Part shown: positions 27,790 through 35,808 of the stretch, piece by piece
Layout: the number at the start of each line of letters is the position of its first letter
How positions within the stretch are numbered: position 1 is the first letter of the stretch
The notes under the pieces: model-generated
Seen by the model: only the letters and a program-made list of their open reading frames with translations
Database searches by the model: none
What the model was told of the DNA's origin: nothing
Position numbers and translations under genes: made by a program
Assembly (NCBI GenBank): GCA_964437555.1
Contig: CAYTHI010000004.1
Coordinates: 1-60,924, forward strand
Direction: 5' to 3'
Origin: Candidatus Woesearchaeota archaeon
GTDB lineage: Archaea; Nanobdellota; Nanobdellia; Pacearchaeales; GW2011-AR1
DNA: 60,924 nucleotides

Positions 27790-28898
27790 GCTAAATTTTC
27801 CTGTACGTTTTGAAGATTTTCCAGAGTTTTTTGTCCTTCATTGCCAATTATCTCTATAGCGGCAAAAGAAGAGTCATAAGGAACCGATATAAAAAAGTGC
27901 TGAGATGAGTCTGTGTAAGTTTCTCCCATTAGTTGATTTTCGTCCTGAATATCTGTGAATATTTCCGGATTGAAAGAGTTAGATAAAACCATTTCTCCTG
28001 AGGATGAATAAACATTATATGAATATCCTCCTTCTGAGATAGCGGTATTCGGACAACCCGATTCAATTGTTTTGCTCTTTACTGAAATTGTGTCAGAATC
28101 AACTGCTTCTATAAGAAAATATTTTTCATTTGAGCATTCTGCTTGCTCGTCAATAGCGCTGCCTGATATTTTACTTTGTCTTAAATTAAAGTCAGAAATC
28201 TTTGATATTAAAAGTGCTTCATTAAATTTGCCGTATGATGTAGTATCAAGAGTTCTCATGATGCTGTTCTCTGAAGACCTAAAAAGAGTTGATTTGGTGC
28301 ATCCTTCATAGCATCCCTCTTCAATCCCTCTGAATTGAGAGCATTCTGACACGCAGTTCTTTGACCCTTTAGGAGGATTTTTGTTTGTAATGTATTCTTC
28401 AGCAAAATTTCCTAAAGCATGACCAAGCTCATGAAGTATCACAGAAGTTGGATGATTTTTATTCAGGCTGAGAACATTCAAATAAGATGTGCTTCTTATG
28501 CTCCCGGGTTTGTCGTCAATCACAATTACGTAATCATTTGGACAAGAGGAAGACTTTTTTATTAATTCTTTGGAATAGCAGAGAGTTGCAATTCCTTGGT
28601 ATAACTCACATTCCGGCTCAAAGGAATCTATGTAGTAGATGTTAAATGATTCTGGATTCTCTGAAAACGGCTCTGAACTTAAAAGTAAGGAGGAATATTT
28701 TTCTGCCTGCTCTTTATCCGCAAAAAAAACAAAATTTATGCTTCTGTCGTTGCCTGACTTTATTGACTTACATTCTTCCAGAAGACTGGCTTGCGGGCTG
28801 GTGTCAATAGATGCCCCCCCGAAATAATAAACTATTGAAGCAATTAATAAGGCCGTGGATAGAGCTGTAAGAATCAAAAGCTCTTTTCTAATCGCCAT
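27777..28898 (-). CDS. Secreted/anchored zinc metalloprotease (M64 IgA-peptidase-like)
   Basis: N-terminal TM/signal anchor, then HELGHALGNFAEEY (HExxH followed by an EEY/DEY-type motif, as I recall for M64). Many Cys residues. Overlaps the pilin-like gene by 13 nt. Confidence 0.55.
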   Translation of the reverse strand: MAIRKELLILTALSTALLIASIVYYFGGASIDTSPQASLLEECKSIKSGNDRSINFVFFADKEQAEKYSSLLLSSEPFSENPESFNIYYIDSFEPECELYQGIATLCYSKELIKKSSSCPNDYVIVIDDKPGSIRSTSYLNVLSLNKNHPTSVILHELGHALGNFAEEYITNKNPPKGSKNCVSECSQFRGIEEGCYEGCTKSTLFRSSENSIMRTLDTTSYGKFNEALLISKISDFNLRQSKISGSAIDEQAECSNEKYFLIEAVDSDTISVKSKTIESGCPNTAISEGGYSYNVYSSSGEMVLSNSFNPEIFTDIQDENQLMGETYTDSSQHFFISVPYDSSFAAIEIIGNEGQKTLENLQNVQENLACHI

Positions 28899-28968
28899 AA
28901 AATATTTGCGTTTTCGGAGTTAATAAGCATTTGTAAAAATTTATATTGGCTGCTTTATTAAGTATGAT

Positions 28969-29367
28969 ATGGAAAAGGCGGTAATTTTTGGCGAGAGGGT
29001 ATTTCTTGTTAAATGGGAGAATAAAGATAATTGGGAGATGTTTGAAAGATTATATGAACAAATGCTTGCCTTTGAAGACAAGTTGAACTCACTTATGGAA
29101 CAATGCGAAATACCCGAAGAGATAATTCTTAATTTCAAGAAAGGAAATGACGGCCTGTATGGGCAGTATTTTGTACAGGATGAAGATGTTTCCAAGAAGA
29201 TTATTGTCATTGACATTTACACCAAAAGATGGCTGAAAGATAAAAATAGAGTGAGCAATATTGAAGTTGGAATATTGGACACTTTTGTACATGAACTGCT
29301 GCACAATAAATATAAGGAAGAAAAGATAACGAGGAAAAAGGCAAGAGAGTTTTTAGCAAAAATCTGA
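28969..29367 (+). CDS. Small HExxH-containing protein, unknown function
   Basis: 132-aa ORF with a single VHELLHNKY motif near the C-terminus. No other motif recognised. Confidence 0.35.
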   Translation: MEKAVIFGERVFLVKWENKDNWEMFERLYEQMLAFEDKLNSLMEQCEIPEEIILNFKKGNDGLYGQYFVQDEDVSKKIIVIDIYTKRWLKDKNRVSNIEVGILDTFVHELLHNKYKEEKITRKKAREFLAKI

Positions 29368-29425
29368 TACAAAGGCTTAAAAACCATTTATTATTTAGGG
29401 GAGAACAATATTATTTGGAATTAAA

Positions 29426-29863
29426 ATGACAGTTAAGAAAGGAAGTAAAGTAAAAGTAGAATATGAGGGAAGATTTGAGGACGGGCAGGTTTTCGATAGT
29501 TCCAAGCATGGAGAGCATTCTCACCCTCTGGAATTTATTGCTGGAGGAGGAAAAGTAATAAAGGGGTTTGACGACGCAATAATAGGCATGAAGCTGAATG
29601 AAGAAAAAGAATTCAGTATTAATTCTGAGAATGCTTACGGCGATTATAAGGAAGAATTAAGGCAGCGATTTCCCAGAAATGCCCTTCCAAAAGAGCAGGA
29701 GCCGAAAAAAGGGATGGTGCTTGTCATAGGAATGCCCGACGGCAGACAATTTCCGGCAAAAATTATAGATGCTGACAATGATTCTGTAACTATTGACTTA
29801 AATCATCCTTTAGCCGGAAAGAAGCTTGTATTTAAAATAAAAGTCTTGGAAATTGAAAATTAA
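29426..29863 (+). CDS. FKBP-type peptidyl-prolyl cis-trans isomerase (SlyD-like)
   Basis: KGSKVKVEYEGRFEDGQVFDSS...FIAGGGKVIKGFDDAIIGM... and the C-terminal NHPLAGK.L.F.I.V are classic FKBP/SlyD blocks. Confidence 0.9.
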   Translation: MTVKKGSKVKVEYEGRFEDGQVFDSSKHGEHSHPLEFIAGGGKVIKGFDDAIIGMKLNEEKEFSINSENAYGDYKEELRQRFPRNALPKEQEPKKGMVLVIGMPDGRQFPAKIIDADNDSVTIDLNHPLAGKKLVFKIKVLEIEN

Positions 29864-31452
29864 TTTCTTGATTTTACAAAGTCTTTGAAAAAGCTAAGAA
29901 CTTCTTTTTGCTTATAGGGCAGGAAAGTTATTGAGCCCGCATTCTTGTGCCCCCCACCCTCTACAAAAGCGTCTGAAAGTTTCTTATTCAATTCTGCAAT
30001 TAAATTGTGAACTGAAAAATTAGCTTCGTCTGTTGCTCTTATAGTTATTGCAGAAGGCATTATCCCTATTGTGACTAAAGAAGAAACTTTTCTTTCATCG
30101 CGCCCATGGTCATGAAGCAAGCCAACAACCTTTCCCGGCTTTGGATAAAAGCCGAACCCTGGAAAAGTATCCTCGATTTCTATTGACTGCAAGTTGGATT
30201 TGCCAATTTTTTCTATTTTTGAATTTGATATTGCAATTTTCAAAGCTTTGTGCTCAAGATTTCTTATATACGGAGCCATCAAATGAACTAAATCTTTCTG
30301 CTTTGCCATTGGCTCGCCAAAAAGAACTTCTATGTATTCCCTAGCTTCCATAAACCTAAGCTTGGCAGAAACAAAATCTATTACTGCTGAGATGTCATTT
30401 AAAAGGGCTTTTGTGTACCCTTTCTTCTCAGCGAGAGCAAGATATGAATTAACGGCGGAAGGATTGTCTATCCTGTCTGCAAGCCCTGCCATTCCTGCGA
30501 TTTGCTCAACGTTCTCAATTTTATCATTAATGAAGCGGGCGAGTTCAGCACAGAGCATTCCTGCTGAATATTTTGCCCCGTCTTCCCCGACTAAAAATGG
30601 ATTAATATGAACTAAAACTTCCTGAGTTATAACATCTTTCTCAAAAAAATGATGGTCTACTACAATAAAGTCCATTCCGTGAACCTTGCCCTGTTTTATT
30701 CCGAATAAATCCTCTTGCGATGAGCCATTATCAGCTATGATGACTAAAGGCATTTTATTGGAAAACTTGGCAACATTTCTCAATGAATTTGAAGTATCTC
30801 TAATTGAGTCATCAATTTCATAAAAAGGAGCAGAGCATGGAGCTCTTGTGAAAAATTCCCATGCGGATTTGCCCCCGCCGTGCTGTTTTTCTATCAAAGG
30901 CAGGATTGCTTTTTCCAAAGAATATCCTGCAGAGTAGCCATCTGCATCGTTATGATGGCGAACAATAATCGGACGATTTTGAATTACTGCAAGCCTTATT
31001 TCTTCAGCAGCCTTTATAAAAGATTCTTTTAGCTTGTCTAATATCTGGCTTACTACTAAGAACTTGGGAGAATGCACCCGCGCTCTTTCTCTCTCTATTT
31101 TTGCTACGTTGTCTAAAATAACCTGCCTCTCCGAATGCGAAAGTTTGGCCAGATCAATAATTTCCCCTTCAATTTCGTTGTTAAATTCTTCAACTGTACA
31201 TGAAACTCTTACCGCGTCAGATTCCTGTATCTCTTCAAACGCTCTTGCTCCTGCTCCTGCAAATGCCTTGAGAGCCATTGTTCCTGTTCCATCTGATAAA
31301 TAAAAGATTGTCGGACCCGGAGTCTGAACAATGCGATCAATAAAGCCGTTAAGAGAAATGCTTCTGCCTTTCATATCCATATTTACATCTTTAACCATGC
31401 ACTGGATTCTCTGTCCCCTGTCTGGTCTCTTATTGTTAAAACCTTTTTTCAT
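29860..31452 (-). CDS. RecJ/Cdc45-like DHH-family phosphoesterase with N-terminal OB-fold-like domain
   Basis: DHH motifs VRHHNDADGYS, ADNGSS, VVDHHF and DHHA1 motif GGGHKNAG. About 110 aa N-terminal extra domain. 530 aa. Confidence 0.7.
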   Translation of the reverse strand: MKKGFNNKRPDRGQRIQCMVKDVNMDMKGRSISLNGFIDRIVQTPGPTIFYLSDGTGTMALKAFAGAGARAFEEIQESDAVRVSCTVEEFNNEIEGEIIDLAKLSHSERQVILDNVAKIERERARVHSPKFLVVSQILDKLKESFIKAAEEIRLAVIQNRPIIVRHHNDADGYSAGYSLEKAILPLIEKQHGGGKSAWEFFTRAPCSAPFYEIDDSIRDTSNSLRNVAKFSNKMPLVIIADNGSSQEDLFGIKQGKVHGMDFIVVDHHFFEKDVITQEVLVHINPFLVGEDGAKYSAGMLCAELARFINDKIENVEQIAGMAGLADRIDNPSAVNSYLALAEKKGYTKALLNDISAVIDFVSAKLRFMEAREYIEVLFGEPMAKQKDLVHLMAPYIRNLEHKALKIAISNSKIEKIGKSNLQSIEIEDTFPGFGFYPKPGKVVGLLHDHGRDERKVSSLVTIGIMPSAITIRATDEANFSVHNLIAELNKKLSDAFVEGGGHKNAGSITFLPYKQKEVLSFFKDFVKSRN

Positions 31453-31546
31453 TGCTTGTTTTAAAGGAAATTTTTATTAGTTTAAAAGGTTATGCATAGA
31501 GCTGAATTAGAAAAAGGTTTATAAACGAAAAATGTCTTGTTAGGAA

Positions 31547-32032
31547 ATGCCAAAGAGAAGGTTAAGAAGAAAAAGCAGAGTGAGGCGTTCTTCCAGAGCA
31601 AGCTATTCACGGGCTGAAAGAAAGGTGCCTTTGGGTATCAAAGTTATTTCTATACTGGGACTTATTGGAGCCATTATAACTTTCATTTTCGGATTAGTAA
31701 TTCTTGTAGCAGGAATTGTTGGCGGAACTTTTGCCAGCCAGATTTTAGAAAGTCTTGGTAATTCTTCTGGAAATGCGGTTGTTGCATCTGTGTTAGTTAG
31801 CTCTCTAATGTTAGGAGGAATCCTGATAGTGTTGTGGGCGGTTGTGGAATTTCTTATAGCAAGAGGATTATGGAGAGGAAGGAACTGGGCAAGAATAATC
31901 ACCGGAATATTTGCTATAGTTTGGTTTGTTTCTTCATTACTCAACCTTAATTTCCTCGGAGTTGTAATCGCGGGATTAATAGGATATTATCTTTGGTTTA
32001 GCAAAGAAGCAAAGGCATATTATTCTAGATAA
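31547..32032 (+). CDS. Membrane protein with Arg-rich N-terminal tail, unknown function
   Basis: 161-aa ORF: a basic leader (KRRLRRKSRVRRSSR), then four hydrophobic helices. Confidence 0.45.
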   Translation: MPKRRLRRKSRVRRSSRASYSRAERKVPLGIKVISILGLIGAIITFIFGLVILVAGIVGGTFASQILESLGNSSGNAVVASVLVSSLMLGGILIVLWAVVEFLIARGLWRGRNWARIITGIFAIVWFVSSLLNLNFLGVVIAGLIGYYLWFSKEAKAYYSR

Positions 32033-32617
32033 GTTTAAATACAAAGCATTGCCTGAAGTTTTTTAATGAGTTTAATTGCTGACAGAGAGAAAAGATTTTG
32101 AGTGCCCGAGGATTGCTATAAGGGGGATCCCCCTTTATAAAGAAACTCCTTATTTTAGGATTGAAACTCCTCGTTTTCTTGCGCTTTTTAATAGTGAAAA
32201 GGTTAGATTTCTTTGCGATGAGCAAGCATACGAAGCTTTGAGAAGCCATGCTGGTCTTGCTATTTATCACAATTTATTTAACAGAGATGATTTTCTCAAC
32301 CAGATAGAGCAGATTAGGCAATTTGCTTAAGATTATTTAAGAACTAAAATACCTTGAAGTTAGAATTATAATTAACAAAGCAATAAGAGTTATTGCTGTG
32401 GAAGTAAGGACTGACAACCCCACAGAGCTTTGGACATGAGTCAAAAAACGAACTAAAGATTCTGTTGTATCAAACATTGTCTGCCTCCATGTGAAAGCAA
32501 TTGTGAATCCCAAGGTGAACAGAATTAAAAATTTTAGCTGGTAGAAAAATTCTTTTCTGAACCTCTATCCGCCAATAAAAAAATGATGAGTTTTTTCCTT
32601 AAGAAAGCGCATTTTAT

Positions 32618-32782
32618 CTACCTAAAGGGTGAAAGAAACACATAGCCCCCCAATAGCTGCAGGATTCCAAAAAGAATCAGATAAAGCCCAACAGCCCAGC
32701 GAAGTATTTTAGGGAAAACAAGAACAATTATTCCTAAAATAATTGCAAGAACCGCTGAAATTGTTAATGAAATTGCTACCAT
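32618..32782 (-). CDS. DUF3096-like small membrane protein (54 aa, below the ORF-track cut-off)
   Basis: Manual translation MVAISLTISAVLAIILGIIVLVFPKILRWAVGLYLILFGILQLLGGYVFLSPFR. Two-helix pattern with FP(K/R) and GIL..LG, as I recall for DUF3096. Confidence 0.5.
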   Translation of the reverse strand: MVAISLTISAVLAIILGIIVLVFPKILRWAVGLYLILFGILQLLGGYVFLSPFR

Positions 32783-32994
32783 ATTTTATGATATGAAGAC
32801 AGGTTTAAATAAGTTATGATGAATCTAGCTCAACGCCTCTTCGAGAGTGTAAGATATATCTAAAGCTTTCTAACATATTTTTATACGTATAAATTATAGT
32901 TAGATAGTTGATTTCCAGCTCCTGAATATAAATGATTCTCACTTTCCTTATGCGAAGTGTGCAAGTTTGAAAAGATTAAATCCTATATTAATAC

Positions 32995-33420
32995 ATGGCA
33001 AAAGAGGTTAAATTTGGCAGGTATTTTCTCTGGCTTCTTCTCATTGATATAATCTTTACTTTAGGAGATTGGATTGTGCATTATTCTGTTGAATCATTAG
33101 AAGTTTATGCGTATCCGATTCCGGACGCATTTTTGTTTATTTCTACAAGCCCATTATTTTGGTATGCTGTCGGAAAATTCGTTGCAACTTTAATAATGGG
33201 AGCAGTTTTGTTCTTCTTTGTGAGAAAAGGCAAGAAAGATTGGAGCAGAGCCCTAATCCTGGCAATCCCGGTAATAATTTTAATGGAAGTCAGATATATT
33301 ATTTCAGGAAGTTATACGAATGAATGGCATGTTTACAATACAATTAATCATTTTGTAATCTTATATGCCGCTTCGTGGATTGTTTTCCATTTCAGCAAGC
33401 TATATAGTTCTAAGAGATAG
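32995..33420 (+). CDS. Membrane protein, unknown function
   Basis: 141-aa ORF with four hydrophobic helices. No motif recognised. Confidence 0.4.
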   Translation: MAKEVKFGRYFLWLLLIDIIFTLGDWIVHYSVESLEVYAYPIPDAFLFISTSPLFWYAVGKFVATLIMGAVLFFFVRKGKKDWSRALILAIPVIILMEVRYIISGSYTNEWHVYNTINHFVILYAASWIVFHFSKLYSSKR

Positions 33421-33435
33421 GGAAGGATTGAATAT

Positions 33436-33456
33436 TGTTATAACAATGTTATAACA
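33436..33456. promoter_or_regulatory. Twin 10-bp palindromes TGTTATAACA (operator-like)
   Basis: Perfect palindrome at 33436-33445 and again at 33447-33456 (11-bp register). The second copy abuts the ATG at 33456-33458 of the AbrB-like ORF. Confidence 0.5.
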
Positions 33457-33620
33457 TGGAATTAACAAAGCAAATTGTTCGGGTTGGGAATTCTGCGGGG
33501 GTAATTTTGCCTATGGTGGTGGGAGTTACTTATTGCACAATACAAATCAGAAAGAAGCTAGATGAAAGGATGGATCGTCATCAAAATACTCAAAATCAAG
33601 GCCTAGAAGCAACCCTATAA
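33456..33620 (+). CDS. AbrB/MazE/SpoVT-like DNA-binding domain protein, short or degraded (54 aa)
   Basis: Manual translation MELTKQIVRVGNSAGVILP... matches the swapped-hairpin VGNSxxVxLP signature. The remainder is not family-like, so it may be truncated. Confidence 0.4.
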   Translation: MELTKQIVRVGNSAGVILPMVVGVTYCTIQIRKKLDERMDRHQNTQNQGLEATL

Positions 33621-33702
33621 GATTTATTCGTCAAAAGTTCGGACAAGTGTCATTAACCGCCGTTTTGAAAGTGTAGGATTTTTTAGGAAACGCTAGGAAG
33701 AT

Positions 33703-33939
33703 TTAGCTTTGCAAACTTAACTGATTCTTTATATGAAAATGAAATAACTCCTCTTGTTTTCTCATTACAAAAGAAGGCGTAATTTTGAGGTCATGTTTTT
33801 TCATATATGCTAAAATATCATCCATCTCTCCAGTTGTCATATCAATGGATAGTTTTATGATATCTAAATATTTCTCTTGGGCTTTTTTCTTTGGAGAAAG
33901 AGTCTTTAAAAGTTCTATTAAACCTGTGAATAAGTCCAT
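33703..33939 (-). CDS. Hypothetical protein (78 aa)
   Basis: ORF with plausible helical composition. No motif recognised. Confidence 0.3.
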   Translation of the reverse strand: MDLFTGLIELLKTLSPKKKAQEKYLDIIKLSIDMTTGEMDDILAYMKKHDLKITPSFVMRKQEELFHFHIKNQLSLQS

Positions 33940-34031
33940 TAGTATCTGAGTGGTTTACTCTTTATAAATTTAACCCGAACTTATCAGGCATGTTGGAAGT
34001 TGTTGGAAACGCTTGAAAGTTACTGCTAAGG

Positions 34032-34280
34032 TTACTGCTCGTCTTTGTGATAAATCTTAAGGAAAATCAATCGATTTTCAGCAGGCAGGAAGGCATAAGC
34101 CAGCCTGTAAGATCCTGCATAAACCTCTCTTGACCCCTTTCTCTCAAACTTCATTGGCTTACCTATCTCTGGGTTTTCAATTATCTTTTTCACCAACTTT
34201 ATAATTTGCTCCTTAAAGGAGGCATCTTTAATCTTATTGAGAAATCTTTCGAATTTATCATCGTAAAATACCTCTACCAT
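34032..34280 (-). CDS. RelE/ParE-superfamily type II toxin
   Basis: 82 aa. The C-terminal YRLAYAFLPAENRLIFLKIYHKDEQ resembles the RelE/ParE YR..Y.......I.I..I.HR motif. Overlaps the upstream small gene by 7 nt. Confidence 0.7.
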   Translation of the reverse strand: MVEVFYDDKFERFLNKIKDASFKEQIIKLVKKIIENPEIGKPMKFERKGSREVYAGSYRLAYAFLPAENRLIFLKIYHKDEQ

Positions 34281-34468
34281 TTATCCAGTTCTTTGAGAAA
34301 TTTTTCCTTTGGGAGAGATTTAAACTCGCCTTTATCGTATCTTTCCCAAGACTCTGCTACTTGGCGAGCGAACTCGAGATCTTCTATATACTTATCCATA
34401 TTTTGCATTTTTGCCTTTAATTCCAGCAAGACTTTGTAAATTTCTTCGTTTGATATTTGGTTTTGCAT
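34274..34468 (-). CDS. Putative antitoxin partner of the RelE-like toxin
   Basis: 64-aa acidic helical ORF immediately upstream of and overlapping the toxin gene. Assignment is by position only. Confidence 0.55.
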   Translation of the reverse strand: MQNQISNEEIYKVLLELKAKMQNMDKYIEDLEFARQVAESWERYDKGEFKSLPKEKFLKELDKW

Positions 34469-34737
34469 TGAGTATCGTCGTTATTCTGATTAATAAACCT
34501 TTCTTTTGATGCCAAGCGCGTTCGGCGCTTCGCGCCTCACTTATTAATTAAAGATATATTTTTCTGCTTAATCCTGGTTTAAACAGGTGTTTGCCTTTCC
34601 CGTTTTTTGCTTTTCTCTGCTGAATTTTTCCCGTTAATTTGCCGACGATAAAGGGCGTTTGTTGAGTGTTTTCTTCATAATTAAATCGTGTGCTGGACTT
34701 GCATTAGTTTTTAGCGATTTTTTCGCACTTTGGATGG

Positions 34738-34922
34738 CTGTTTAAGCCTGTTTGTCTCTGTTTATCGCTGTTCAAACAGCTGTTTGTTTTTGGTTGGGGG
34801 GTGTTTAAGGGCTGTTTGTACCTGTTTAAGATTTCAAACAGGGGTGTTTTTTCTTACTTTGCTGAATTGCCTTTATAGGCCTTTAAAGCATAAAGTTTAT
34901 ATATTATGGCTGTTTTAAACAG
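34738..34922. repeat. Iteron-like array of CTGTTT / GTGTTT / AAACAG half-sites, phased at 10-12 bp
   Basis: Half-sites start at 34738, 34748, 34758, 34768, 34774(rev), 34780, 34801, 34812, 34822, 34836(rev), 34844, 34910 and 34917(rev). Includes the palindrome AAACAGCTGTTT at 34774-34785. Further copies lie at 34581-34592 and inside the downstream CDS (35054-35253). Confidence 0.8.
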
Positions 34923-34924
34923 GC

Positions 34925-35569
34925 ATGTTTTTTGGCTTATTTAGGAACAAGAGGGTGAAAAAGCTTGAAGATGAAACTAAGAAAGGTTTTCAAGCTGTCA
35001 AAGGCGATTTTGATAAGGTAGGCAAGTGGATTAAACACCTTGATGAGAAAGACAAACAGCTGTTTGATACTCTTGAACAACTAAAAATTGATTTATCGTC
35101 AATGAAAGATGAAATTTCCGGGCTTCGGGAAGCTGTTGACTTGATTTCTGAAACACCAAAAATTAAACAGGCATCTAAAAAAACAGCTGTTTATAACAAA
35201 CAGGGGGGTGTTTATGGTGTTGAAAAAGCTGTTCAAACAGCTGTTCAAACAGGTAATTTCTATGAAATTCTGCAGGGATTATCAAGCAATGAAAGGCTCC
35301 TGATTTATACCCTTGCAAATAGCGAGCTAAAGCTAAGTTATGAGGATTTGGCTAGGCTTTTAGGGAAAGAGAGATCTACAGTTAGGGGACAGATTAATAC
35401 TATAAAACAGAAAAGTGATGGGTTATTGATGGAATTAACTGAACCTTCTGGTAAAAAAAGGGTGTTTGTGAGTGATGAAATCAAGGAAAAACTGCTAAAA
35501 TACGCAAAAGTGAGGGTTAAATCATCAAAAAAATCGCTGAAAAAGGTGAAAAAGATAGAAGCAGAGTGA
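34925..35569 (+). CDS. Coiled-coil plus low-complexity linker plus C-terminal winged-helix (MarR-like) DNA-binding protein
   Basis: 214 aa. N-terminal heptad-like helix (KGFQAVKGDFDKVGKWIKHLDEKDKQLFDTLEQLK), linker KTAVYNKQGGVYGVEKAVQTAVQTG, and wHTH-like LIYTLANSELKLSYEDLARLLGKERSTVRGQINTIKQK. Confidence 0.55.
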   Translation: MFFGLFRNKRVKKLEDETKKGFQAVKGDFDKVGKWIKHLDEKDKQLFDTLEQLKIDLSSMKDEISGLREAVDLISETPKIKQASKKTAVYNKQGGVYGVEKAVQTAVQTGNFYEILQGLSSNERLLIYTLANSELKLSYEDLARLLGKERSTVRGQINTIKQKSDGLLMELTEPSGKKRVFVSDEIKEKLLKYAKVRVKSSKKSLKKVKKIEAE

Positions 35570-35808
35570 TGAAAAGACAAAAAATGAGAAAAAGAGAGCT
35601 CGAATGAACTTGAAAAATTTTTAGTTGAAGTAAAAGTGAGGAAAAATTGGAAAAGCGAGAACAATTTTTCTGATGGGCCAGAAAGAAGTTAATTAAAACG
35701 AACTTTAAATGTTAGAAATATTCGTTTAATAAGATTTCTTTGAAATCTTGAAAGGTTTTTGAGATTTAATTAGTTGTGAGTATTTATTCGGTTAGCGAGA
35801 TAACTCTA

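Noticed and set aside
32150-32170. GGATTGAAAC, resembling the 3' end of many archaeal CRISPR repeats
   Set aside because: There is only a single occurrence here (another GATTGAAAC at 46204 is unrelated), with no regularly spaced repeat/spacer structure and no cas genes. It is not a CRISPR array.
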